From Octopus sinensis (lineage: Eukaryota), in assembly GCF_006345805.1 (NCBI RefSeq), contig NC_042997.1:193440001-193504000 (forward strand): 64,000 nt of DNA, given 5' to 3'. This document shows, piece after piece, positions 1-9,848 of this stretch; the first letter of the stretch is position 1, and every line of letters starts with the position of its first letter. A model generated the notes under the pieces. The model did not search any database and was not told the origin of the DNA. It saw only the letters and a program-made list of their open reading frames with translations. A program made the translations under genes and the position numbers.

Positions 1-711
1 ACAAACTTATGTGTATTGCCGCTGCATGTAAAATATAGTCAGTAAAATATATTAATAAGAATAGGATCACGTAACTATTTTTATATCCCCCATTTCTGAA
101 CTTTCACTTTAGTCAGATGCGAACAAAAACACTTGGAATTCATTATATTGCCAACATTGCCTTTTCATAATGATATCCTGTTATATTTTCTAGCTAAAAT
201 TAATGGAACTGGTGAAGATTTTCTAATTTTTATATGAAATATTAACTGCTGTATTTTTAACGAAAATTTTTATTCCATTTCGTTTTCGTTTGTGTGTACA
301 TAAAATTTTAACTGCCTCTTTCTAAGAAAATGAAACTATCCACATTTGTTCCAATACGCAGTAGCGTAGCTGGGGTGGGGTATGTGTGCATTTTGGGCCG
401 CACTTTTAAATTCTTAGATTATTCACATTGTAGTCTTTGTTTAACTTTCAAGTTTATTTGAATTTTATTTGAATTTTATTCTTTATTTTAAAAACTATTC
501 ATTCAAATCTTGATAAGCATGTTATTGTCTGAATTTTTCAACCATAGTTTCAAATTCCACTAATTCTCGGAATTTCCTTATGAATATTTTATTCATAATC
601 TATGTTGTACACACCCCCAAACTGTCAACGTCAGATGACCCAAATAAAGCAGAGGAAACAAGCAATGGAATTATTTCTATTCATATCCTAAAAGATACAG
701 AATATCTCTGT

Positions 712-966
712 CAGTGGTTCACAACTGGGATTTATATGGACCCTGAGGGGGACCATGTAAGGTTTTGTTGCTAAAATTTTCATCTACATTAAATTGGTTC
801 TATTTGTACAATACACAAAATATTTTAGTTTTGTTTTAATACAATTCTTCATAATATTATAAAAGTATAATAGGATTTCTTTAAACGACGAACGGCTATG
901 GGTGATTCACCTGTGTAAATTGGGAATCAAAGGGGGCCATAGGTGAAAAGTGGTTGAGAACCACTT
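712..966. mobile_element. hAT (Charlie-like) MITE
   Basis: TIRs cagtggttcacaac / gttgagaaccact(t); 8-bp TSD atctctgt (704-711) / atctatgt (967-974). Confidence 0.8.
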
Positions 967-993
967 ATCTATGTAATTAAAGTCTTAAAGTTT

Positions 994-1279
994 GGATCTT
1001 TTCAGTTTGACCGGCAGATTTTTAAAATAATTACTTTGTAACTAAATACTTTAAAACTTTGTATACTGGTAGAATGTGTTACATAAAACATCTTCTCATG
1101 GTTTTCTTGAGAAAATTCTGTAGTTTGTAACAACAAATAGCTTACAAACTACAGAATTTTCTCAAGAAAGCCAAGAGAAAAAGATGTTTTATGTAACACA
1201 CTACCAATATATGAAGTTTGAAAGTTTTCAGTTACAAAGAAATTATTTTAAAAATCTACTGGTCAAAGTGAAAAGATCT
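994..1279. mobile_element. M1b fold-back MITE (GGATC termini)
   Basis: Whole element is an imperfect palindrome; exact 8-bp TSD taaagttt (986-993, 1280-1287). Confidence 0.9.
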
Positions 1280-1609
1280 TAAAGTTTTAACTGTGAGAGC
1301 AAATGAAATAATATCAGGTATCATATAAAAGTGATATATAACAAATGTCTTAAACTATGAAATATAAAAATTAAAAAGTATTGTTTGGAATATGCAATAT
1401 TTATAATGTAGTCAGTTGTTCTGTTGATTTATATTTTTCTATCTTGAAATAAATATGTTATCAATTCTTATGTTTTTCTAACTTTACTGATGAACTATCC
1501 TCAAAAATTTCATATTCTTTCTACTTCTTCATAACATTTCATTGAAGATATTTTTCTGTGAAATTCACCTGTTGCAGCCAGAAGTCATATTGTATTTTCC
1601 AGCATATAT

Positions 1610-2016
1610 ATTTCTTTACTGCCCACAAGGGGCTAAACATAGAGGGGACAGACAAAGGGATTAAGTTGATTACATCGACCGCAGTGCGTTAACTGGTAGT
1701 TTATTTATCGACCCCGAAAGGATGAAAGGCAAAATCGACCTTGGCGTAATTTGAACTCAGAACGTAACGACAGACAAAATACCTATTTCTTTACTACCCA
1801 CAAGGGGCTAAACACAGAGAGGACAAAGAAGGACAGACAACGGATTAAGTCGATTATATCGACCCCAGTGCGTAACTAGTACTTATTTAATCAACCCCGA
1901 AAGGATGAAAAGCAATGTCAACCTCGGCGGAATTTGATCTCAGAATGTAATGACTGTCAAAATACAGCTAAGCATTTTGCCCAGCGTGCTAACGTTTCTG
2001 CCAGCTCGGCTGCCTT
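1610..2016 (-). mobile_element. S1 tRNA-type SINE, dimer
   Basis: A/B-box-like head and two bodies joined at aatacc|tatttc (1783/1784); TSD ttttccagcatatat (1595-1609, 2023-2037). Confidence 0.9.
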
Positions 2017-2247
2017 TTCAATTTTTCCAGCATATATGTTAACACAATATATTGTATAAACATGTTGTGTAAAACATTCAGACATCATCATTATCTTCCC
2101 ATATCCTGTTGTATTTCACATAAAAATTTTGGTCCTCCAAAGTCGCCTTTGTGTATAAATTAGCCTAACTATTTTGGTTGTAAACTTTGGTTTTAAAAAT
2201 TTGATTTTTATGCTGGAAAATGCAGGTGAGTTGAAATTGAAAATACA

Positions 2248-3396
2248 TTGACTTTGCTAAGGCTTTCAACTCTGTGCCACACAAAAGGCTTATGGTGAAA
2301 CTCTCTGCAATAGGTGTGGGGGATGACCTTTTTAACTGGTTGAAATCCTTCATCCTCAGCCGAAAGGAGGTAGTCACAGTTCTAGGACAGCACTCTACAC
2401 CATATGAGATGTCATCGGGTGTACCACAGGGATCTGTCCTTGGTCCCCTCCTGTTTGTGGCATACATTAATGACATAGATGCCAATTTAAAGAATGCCAC
2501 AGTATTGAAATATACAGACGACATCAAGCTGTACCTTGAAATCAAGAGGACTGATCCTGATGTCTACAACTCTTTCCTGCAATCAGACCTAGACACAATG
2601 CAGCAATGGATCACAGACTGGCAACTGAAACTGGCTGTGGACAAGTGTACCACCATGCATTTTGGGAGAAAAAACCCTGCGTCCACATACTCCCTCCACA
2701 ACACTGATATCAAGAAATCCTCTTGCGAGCTTGACCTAGGCATCACTGTCAGCAGTGATTTGCGTTGGACAAAGCATATCTCTAAAATTGTCAAGAAGGC
2801 CGAGGGTGTCTTGGCATCACTCAGCAAGACTTTTGTTAGCCGCTCTCCAGCCATCTATTTAAAACTGTATACAGCTATGGTATGACCACACTTGGAATTC
2901 GCATCATCAGTTTGGAATCCCTATCTTGCTCAGAACCATGACCTCCTGGAATCTGTCCAGAGACGTGCAACCAAACGCATACCCTCCATCAGACACCTAC
3001 CATATTCTGAGCGCATTGTTTCCCTGGGCATGGATTCACTGGAGCTCCGGCGTCTAGCGACGGACTTGGTAAACACCCACAAGGTTATCAACCACCTCAC
3101 CAACAACAACACTGAACACCTTTTTGATCTCCATGTGTCTAACACACGTGGACATGCCTACAAAGTCAGAAAACAGCACAGCTCCCATGACTTTCGGAAA
3201 CATTTTTTCACGCTCAGGGTTGCTGAAGCGTGGAATAACTGCCTGCATCAGTTGTTGACTGCCATGACACTGCATCCTTTAAGGCCCTCATGCTTCCCGA
3301 AATCCGTCGAAACTACACCTGATTATATATACACTTTAGATGAGTTGTAGTGCACCTGAGCACTGTACACAATTATTATTATTATTATTATTTTTA
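2248..3396 (+). mobile_element. 5'-truncated CR1-clade LINE (inactive RT)
   Basis: DFAKAFNSVPH, GVPQGSVLGPLLF, YTDD, TRGH...RKHFFTLRV..WN motifs. In-frame TGA at 2883-2885 (MV*PHLEF, probably from CGA), frameshift near 3240, (TTA)n tail. Absent from copy B. Confidence 0.92.
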
Positions 3397-3467
3397 TTTT
3401 GTTTTCATGACACTGACAAAGCTTGCAAAGGCTAAAGGTATTGTATAATTTCTTCTCTGATTAGGTC

Positions 3468-3800
3468 ATCATTATCATCATCATTTAATGTCCCTTTACC
3501 ATGCTAGCATGGGTTGGACGGTTCAACCGGGGTCTGGTAAGCCATGCAGGCTGCACCAGGCTCCAGTCTAATTTGGCAGTGTTTCTACAGCTGGATGCCC
3601 TTTGTAATGCCAACCACTACGTGAGTGTAGTGGATGTTTTTTACGTGCCACCAGCACAGGAGCCAGAGCAGGCTGGCAAACGGCTACGATCAGTTGGTGC
3701 TTTTATGTGTCACCGATATGGACGCCAGTCAGGCGGCACTGGCATCTGCCAAGTTCGGATGGTGCTTTTTATGTGTCACTGGCATGGGTTACCACATTTG
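3468..3800 (-). mobile_element. Family R retroelement 3' part with (GAT)n tail
   Basis: catcatcatttaatgtcc...catgctagcatgggttggacgg terminus also seen at 7755-7827 and, inverted, near 8070-8122. Confidence 0.55.
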
Positions 3801-3840
3801 TTTGCAAATAGGTAACCCTCTGTTTTAAATTTTTTCGGGT

Positions 3841-4093
3841 TCATAGAATTATGCTCAAGGTGTTTTCGTCATTCATACGTGCCATCCTTACTACATTCAC
3901 CCATCTCTTTTGAAGAAGTTGATGAGAAATTGACCAGAGAGGAAAGTGTTTGTTCACTAGATACATTCTTTCGCCATAGCCACAAGAATGATGAAAATAG
4001 CTCTTCCTTCCCGTTTGAAGGAGGCGTGACAATATTGACGATATACTCGGCTGATAAACCGACTTGTCCCACACGCGACAGCAGTCGTTCGAC
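3841..4093 (-). mobile_element. Degenerate Tx1/L1-like ORF2 C-terminal fragment
   Basis: Frame-joined VERLLSRVGQVGLSAEYIV..EGRAIFIILVAMAKECI..KRWVNVVRMARM aligns by eye with the 8142-8467 peptide (EQLLSRTQRVQLSTESIV..EGKNCFLVVVAFA*EVIW..NRWKKVAR). Confidence 0.65.
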
Positions 4094-4143
4094 ATAGATA
4101 GATAGATAGTGGGTGGACTAAATGTAAGGGACATAAATAGCGC

Positions 4144-4151
4144 TATATAAG
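4144..4151 (+). promoter_or_regulatory. Candidate TATA box upstream of DCTD
   Basis: TATATAAG about 140 bp 5' of the ATG; motif match only. Confidence 0.3.
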
Positions 4152-4284
4152 CAAGGGAGATGACTAGAAGCATATTGCGTTTCTAATAAGCTTGAGGACG
4201 TAAGCGGTAAATATTTCCCGCAAAATCTTACGTATTTGAATCACTACGGCAGAAGGTACTTCAGTTAACGGTGTTGCATCAAGC

Positions 4285-4842
4285 ATGTCTAAAAAGCGGC
4301 AAGGTTACCTTGAATGGGATGATTACTTCATGTCAGTGGCTTTCCTCTCTGCTCAACGTAGCAAAGACCCACGGACTCAGGTAGGAGCTTGTATTGTTAA
4401 CGAAGATAGACGTATTGTTGGCATCGGATATAACGGTATGCCTCGTGGTTGTAGTGACGATGATTTTCCTTGGTGCAATGAAGGTGTCACTGAGCTAGAA
4501 AACAAAAATCTCTACGTATGTCATGCTGAGCTTAATGCAATTCTCAATAAGAATTCTGCAGACGTTCGCAATTGCACTATATATGTTGGTTTGTTTCCTT
4601 GCAATGAATGTGCTAAAGTCATTATACAGTCTGGAATTAAAGAAGTCATATACTATTCGGATAAATATAAGGACCAAATTACCTCTAAAGCTTCTCGAAT
4701 TATGTTGGATCGTGCTGAAATAAAATATCGCCAGTATCGACCTACAAACGGACAAATTGTTATAGATTTTACTTCATTAAAAGAAAAGAAAGACCCGATT
4801 ATAAGTTCAGTTTTGTCTCCCATTTCTGAACTTTCACTTTAG
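4285..4842 (+). CDS. DCTD: dCMP deaminase (deoxycytidylate deaminase), single exon, 185 aa
   Basis: [35 protein letters not shown]-terminus, GYNGMPRG, zinc/catalytic HAELNA and FPCNEC motifs; uninterrupted ORF. Confidence 0.97.
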   Translation: MSKKRQGYLEWDDYFMSVAFLSAQRSKDPRTQVGACIVNEDRRIVGIGYNGMPRGCSDDDFPWCNEGVTELENKNLYVCHAELNAILNKNSADVRNCTIYVGLFPCNECAKVIIQSGIKEVIYYSDKYKDQITSKASRIMLDRAEIKYRQYRPTNGQIVIDFTSLKEKKDPIISSVLSPISELSL

Positions 4843-5088
4843 TCAGATGCGAACATAAACACTTGGAATTCATTATATTGCCAACATTGCCTTTTCATAA
4901 TGATATCCTGTTATATTTTCTAGCTAAAATTAATGGAACTGGTGAAGATTTTCTAATTTTTATATGAAATATTAACTGCTGTATTTTTAACGAACATTTT
5001 TATTCCATTTTGTTTTCGTTTGTGTGTACATAATATTTTAACTGCCTCTTTCTAAGAAAAGGAAACTATCCACATTTGTTCCAATACG

Positions 5089-5250
5089 CAGTAGCGTAGC
5101 TGGGGTGGGGTGTGTGTGCATTTTGGGCCGCACTTTTAAAGAGGCACCACCTTTGAGTCTGCTGTAGATAATGTTTTTTTTTTTGTGATGGTCCGGGGGC
5201 AGCAAACAGAAAGGCATCCCCGGGCAGCACAGATTCTAGCTACGCTAGTG
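5089..5250. mobile_element. Short hAT-like MITE
   Basis: TIR cagtagcgtagct / agctacgctagtg; decayed 8-bp TSD ccaatacg / ccaatatt. Only its left 52 bp survive in copy A (359-410). Confidence 0.7.
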
Positions 5251-5509
5251 CCAATATTCCCTCTAACTCCATCTAATAAAAAGTTATCCGACTTCCACCC
5301 AGGATGTTGCGTCATCTCACTAGCTTTTCTACTACATACCCACTATTCACTGGAGCTGTTTTATCTCATACCTATTCTACTCAGGATCACCCGACTCCCT
5401 CTACCCTCTCGTCTCTTATTCATTTGCATAAAACACTACACCTGATCCTTCTGAGACGTTAACTCTTGGAATATCTTTTCTGGAGTTGTTCAAGAACATC
5501 AGTTACATC

Positions 5510-5838
5510 GGTTCTACTAGCGAACTGTGGTCCCGGTGCGCGCACTCGCACACTCACGCTAGCAAGTCGTAAGTAGTCGATCCTACAACGACTTTTTAAC
5601 CCTAACCTTAACCCTAATTTTTTAACCCTAAACCCAACCCTAACTCTAACCTTAGTTTGTTTATAAAAATAATTTATTTACTTAGTTTAAAAAATTATTT
5701 ATTTTGTTCGAAAAATATTATTTAATTTTCTTTGATATGTATTCAGCCTTGAAATACAAACATATGCGCAAGTCGTTGTAGGATCGACTACTTACGACTA
5801 GCTAGCGCGCACCCGCACCACTGTTCGCTAGTAGTACC
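5510..5838. mobile_element. Mutator-like MITE with long TIRs and 9-bp TSD
   Basis: TIRs 5510-5594 / 5770-5838; exact TSD agttacatc (5501-5509, 5839-5847); internal (TAACCC)-like tract. Confidence 0.85.
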
Positions 5839-6325
5839 AGTTACATCAACTCAAACAGTTTCGGAGTCGCCTACGAAAGGTCACCAGTGCAGACCCTCAC
5901 AGGTCAGACCAAACCATGAAAAAAAAATTAGTTTTATTAGGTTAATTATGTGTTAATTTCCTTAGTTTTCATTATGTTAGTCCCTGAAATAATTGTGCCT
6001 ATTTTTAATGTTTTATTCTTGTTTTTTTCCCGTTTAATTCTTAGACTAAACATTGTAGTCTTTGTTTAATTTTCAAGTTTATTTGAATTTTATTCTTTAT
6101 TTTAAAAACTATTCATTCAAATCTTGATAAGCATGTTATTGTCTGAATTTTTCAACCATAGTTTCAAATTCCACTAATTCTCGGAATTTCCTTATGAATA
6201 TTTTATTCATAATCTATGTTGTACACATCCCCAAACTGTCAACGTCAGATGACCCAAATAAAGCAGAGGAAACAAGCAATGGAATTATTTCTATTCATAT
6301 CCTAAAAGATACAGAATATCTCTGT

Positions 6326-6580
6326 CAGTGGTTCACAACTGGGATTTATATGGACCCTGAGGGGGTCCATGTAAGGTTTTGTTGCTAAAATTTTCATCTA
6401 CATTAAATTGGTTCTATTTGTACAACACACAAAATATTTTATTTTTTTTTTAATACAATTCTTCATAATATTATAAAAGTATAATAGGATTTCTTTAAAC
6501 GACGAACGGCTATGGGTGATTCACCTGTGTAAAATGGAAATGAAAGGGGTCGATAGGTGAAAAGTGGTTGAGAACCACTG
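6326..6580. mobile_element. hAT MITE (duplicate of 712-966)
   Basis: Same TIRs and the same one-mismatch TSD atctctgt/atctatgt. Confidence 0.8.
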
Positions 6581-6607
6581 ATCTATGTAATTAAAGTCTT
6601 AAAGTTT

Positions 6608-6889
6608 GGATCTTTTCACTTTGACAGGCAGATTTTAAAAATAATTTCTTTGTAACTAAATACTTTAAAACTTTGTATACTGGTAGAATGTGTTACATAA
6701 AACATCTCATGTTTTCTTGAGAAAATTCTGTAGTTTGTAACAACAAATAGCTTACAAACTACAGAATTTTCTCAAGAAAGCCAAGAGAAAAAGATGTTTT
6801 ATGTAACACACTACCAGTATATGAAGTTTGAAAGTGTTCAGTTACAAAGAAATTATTTTAAAAATCTACTGGTCAAAGTGAAAAGATCT
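6608..6889. mobile_element. M1b fold-back MITE (duplicate of 994-1279)
   Basis: Palindromic; TSD taaagttt. Confidence 0.9.
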
Positions 6890-7215
6890 TAAAGTTTTAA
6901 CTGTGAGAGCAAATGAAATAATATCAGGTATCATATAAAAGTGATATATAACAAATGTCTAATACTATGAAATATAAAAATTAAAAAGTATTGTTTGGAA
7001 TATGCAATCTTTATAATGTAGTCAGTTGTTCTGTTGATTTATATTTTTCTATCTTGAAATAAATGTTATCAATTCTTAATGTTTTTCTAACTTTACTGAT
7101 GAACTATCCTCAAAAATTTCATATTCTTACTTCTTCATAACATTTCATTGAAGATATTTTTCTGTGAAATTCACCTGTTGCAGCCAGAAGTCATATTGTA
7201 TTTTCCAGCATATAT

Positions 7216-7446
7216 ATTTCTTTACTGCCCACAAGGGTCTAAACATAGACGGGACAACAAGGACAGACAAACGGATTAAGTCGATTATATCGACCCCAGT
7301 GAGTAACTAGTACTTATTTTATCAACCCCGAAAGGATGAAAAGCAATGTCGACCTCGGCGGAATTTGATCTCAGAATGTAATGACTGTCAAAATAGAGCT
7401 AAGCATTTTGCCCAGCGCGCTAACGTTTCTGCCAGCTCGCTGCCTT
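7216..7446 (-). mobile_element. S1 SINE monomer (counterpart of the dimer at 1610-2016)
   Basis: Same TSD and flanks as 1610-2016 but a single body. Confidence 0.9.
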
Positions 7447-7824
7447 TTCAATTTTTCCAGCCTATATGTCGACACAATATATTGTATAAACATGTAGTGT
7501 AAAACATTCAGACATCATCATTATCTTCCCATATCCTGTTGCATTTCACATGGAAATTTTGGTCCTCCAAAGTCGTCTTTGTGTATAAATTGGCTTAACT
7601 TTTTTGGTTGTAAACTTTGGTTTTAAAAATTTGATTTTTATGCAGGAAAATGCAGGTGAGTTGAAATTGAAAATACACTCTTTTGTTTTCATGACACTGA
7701 CAAAGCTTGCAAAGGCTAAAGGTATTGTATACTTTCTTCTCTGATTAGGTCATCATCATCATCATTTAATGTCCGTTTTCCATGCTAGCATTGGTTGGAC
7801 GGTTCGACCGGGGTCTGGTAAGTC

Positions 7825-8122
7825 ATGGCTGTGTATTTAGAAGTTTGTTTCCCAATGATTTATATCTGGGTTCAGTCCCACTATGTGGCACCTTGGACAG
7901 GTGTTTTCTACTATAGCCTCAGGCCGACCAAAAAATTTGTGAGTGTATTTGGTAGATGGAAACTGAAAGAAGCAGAGTGGTTGATGTCGGGAAGGGCATC
8001 CAGCTGTAAAATCCTGCCAAATCAGGTACAGAAGTCTAGGGTAGTTTTTCTACCTGGCCAGCTCCTCTCAACCGTCCCACTCACGCATCCATGAAAGATG
8101 GATGTTAAACGGTGATGATGAT
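7825..8122 (+). mobile_element. SINE with S2-type head and R-type (GAT)n tail
   Basis: ggttcagtcccact..gcaccttgg..ctatagcc head; gggaagggcatccagctgtaaaa..gatgttaaacggtgatgatgat tail. Confidence 0.55.
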
Positions 8123-8141
8123 GGTATGTATGTGTGTGTGT

Positions 8142-8709
8142 TTTATGCCGAACAACTGTTGTCACGTACACAAAGAGTACAGCTGTCGACTGAGTCTATT
8201 GTAAAGATTGACCCACTGGATTTCCCCTTGAAAGAAGGTAAGAATTGTTTTCTCGTTGTAGTTGCATTTGCGTGAGAGGTGATTTGGAAGACGAGGCTGA
8301 AAGGTATAGAGTCAGGCAATTTCATCTCTGGCCCTGGATTGGTGAATTACTTCATCTTTCACCTGAAAAGGAAAATAGGGCTAGACAGAAAATGCCTGAC
8401 TGAGCCAGTGTTTGAAAATCGATGGAAGAAAGTAGCACGGATATTGCGTGTGGATGGAACCGCATGAATGCAAAACAGGACGAAACCCAGGTATCAGTGG
8501 CGAGGCGGGGCTCGTGGGGTCCAAGCTAAACCTGTCCCTCCACTCCATCCGTAATGTCTTCCAGTCTGTCTTAGCATTCGATTTCTCCGATTTCATTATA
8601 TGTTTGTAATTATGTGTAAATTTTTAATTTCATCCTTTGTGTAAAATCATTCGTGAATCAGGTTGTATTGTCCCTTCTTTGTTCGCCCCTTGTGGGTAAT
8701 ACAAAAACA
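8142..8709 (+). mobile_element. 5'-truncated Tx1/L1-like LINE 3' end
   Basis: ORF2 C-terminal-like peptide ending at 8467, then a 3' UTR; TSD ggtatgtatgtgtgtgtgt (8123-8141, 8710-8728). Clade call is from motif recall. Confidence 0.7.
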
Positions 8710-8942
8710 GGTATGTATGTGTGTGTGTGTTCCCCCCACTCCACCCCCTTCACTGCTTGACAACTATTTTTGGTGAGTTTACATCCCCATAACTTAGTGG
8801 TTCAGCAAAAGAGACTGAAGCAATATGTACTCAGCTTAAGAAAAAAATTCCTGAGGCTAAAATTCTTCAAGGTGTGTTCCATCATGGCTGCAGTCTAATG
8901 ATTAAAACAAGTAAAAAAATAAGACATAAGTATGTACACACA

Positions 8943-9160
8943 TACGAGATAAGGTCAAAAATTATCTGCACTCTTGCCATAACAAATCTTTATTGTTGTC
9001 ACACTGCCTTCAGTGCATGCATACTTATAGTTGGTACTATTTTGGTGACGTGATCAAAGTTTGAGTCTGATTGGGCCATTTTTCTTTCTGGCATCACAGT
9101 GTAAGCATAGTCACTCCACTAGCAATGAGCACCAAAGAATAACAAAGAGCAGTGATCTGA
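8943..9160. mobile_element. Mariner-like terminal fragment
   Basis: TA + cgagataaggtcaaaaattatc terminus resembling other mariner ends in the window; no partner TIR found. Confidence 0.4.
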
Positions 9161-9283
9161 GAGATGGTAATGGTGAACTGGTTCACCATTACCATCTGTC
9201 AAGCTTGCGGAATCTTCTCATCAGTGGTGGGGGCTGATGGGTGTCCTGCCCCCTCTTCATGCAGCATGCTTGCCTGGCAACTC

Positions 9284-9485
9284 CTCAATCGAAGGAGAGG
9301 GGCTTTCTCCGTCCGGGTTGCGGATCCGTGGAATAAGCTGCCGACGACCACTCGGTTCAAAGTCTCTCTTGACCAGAAATGGCCCGAACTCTTTGCATGA
9401 ACACCCTCCCTGTACATAACTCCATGACCCCCTACATGGCCTTGCTTTTTGCTTTTTGAGCCAAAAAATTAACTTAACTTAACTT
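9284..9485 (+). mobile_element. CR1-like LINE 3' end (second family)
   Basis: LNRRRGAFSVRVADPWNKLP..FKVSLDQKWPELFA*, (TTAAC)n tail; homolog at 33107-33321. Confidence 0.8.
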
Positions 9486-9848
9486 CTTGATCCACTCATA
9501 CACACATATCTGCAGTAGTGCACTGTCCCCATCATCATAATCATCAGAATTCTCTGAACTTTTTTCCACTTCATTCTTATTCAGCCTACTATACTTTCCA
9601 AACATCTGTGAGTATTGTTAATTAGGTGAACTAGGTAGCAGAAGCAATCAACTACTTCTAGGGAGTCTTCTGAACATTTCAAAGAAGTTAATCGTCAGCT
9701 TCCACCACAAGGTTCAATCCTTGTGTTGACTTGTGTGCCTCAACGACCCTGAGAACTATGCCAGTGCATCGAGGCTGGTAACTTTTACATGGCACCATCA
9801 CCAGTGCTTTTTACATGGCACTATCACTGATGCTTTTTATGTAATACC

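Larger units (their letters stand above)
88..3546 (+). repeat. Segmental duplication, copy A (paralog of 4819-7827)
   Basis: Near-identical to 4819-7827 from cccatttctgaactttcactttag to ggtctggtaag(c/t)catg. A carries a CR1 insertion and lacks 5141-6037. Confidence 0.95.
4819..7827 (+). repeat. Segmental duplication, copy B
   Basis: Colinear and near-identical to 88-3546; includes the last 8 DCTD codons. Confidence 0.95.

Noticed and set aside
580-774. 64-aa ORF conserved at 6194-6388
   Set aside because: Conservation reflects the segmental duplication; the 3' third lies in a hAT MITE and both differences noted are non-synonymous.
3841-4173. Minus-strand ORFs suggesting a head-to-head partner gene of DCTD
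   Set aside because: Frame-joined peptides match the Tx1-like fragment at 8142-8467, so this is a LINE remnant.
7636-7661. Apparent 10-nt microexon (ttttatgcag|GAAAATGCAG|gtgagt)
   Set aside because: Not a multiple of three, acceptor mutated in copy A, and no supporting neighbouring exons.
8200-8262. Strong donor GAAG|GTAAGA and nearby acceptor
   Set aside because: Inside the TSD-bounded LINE, whose frame reads straight through.
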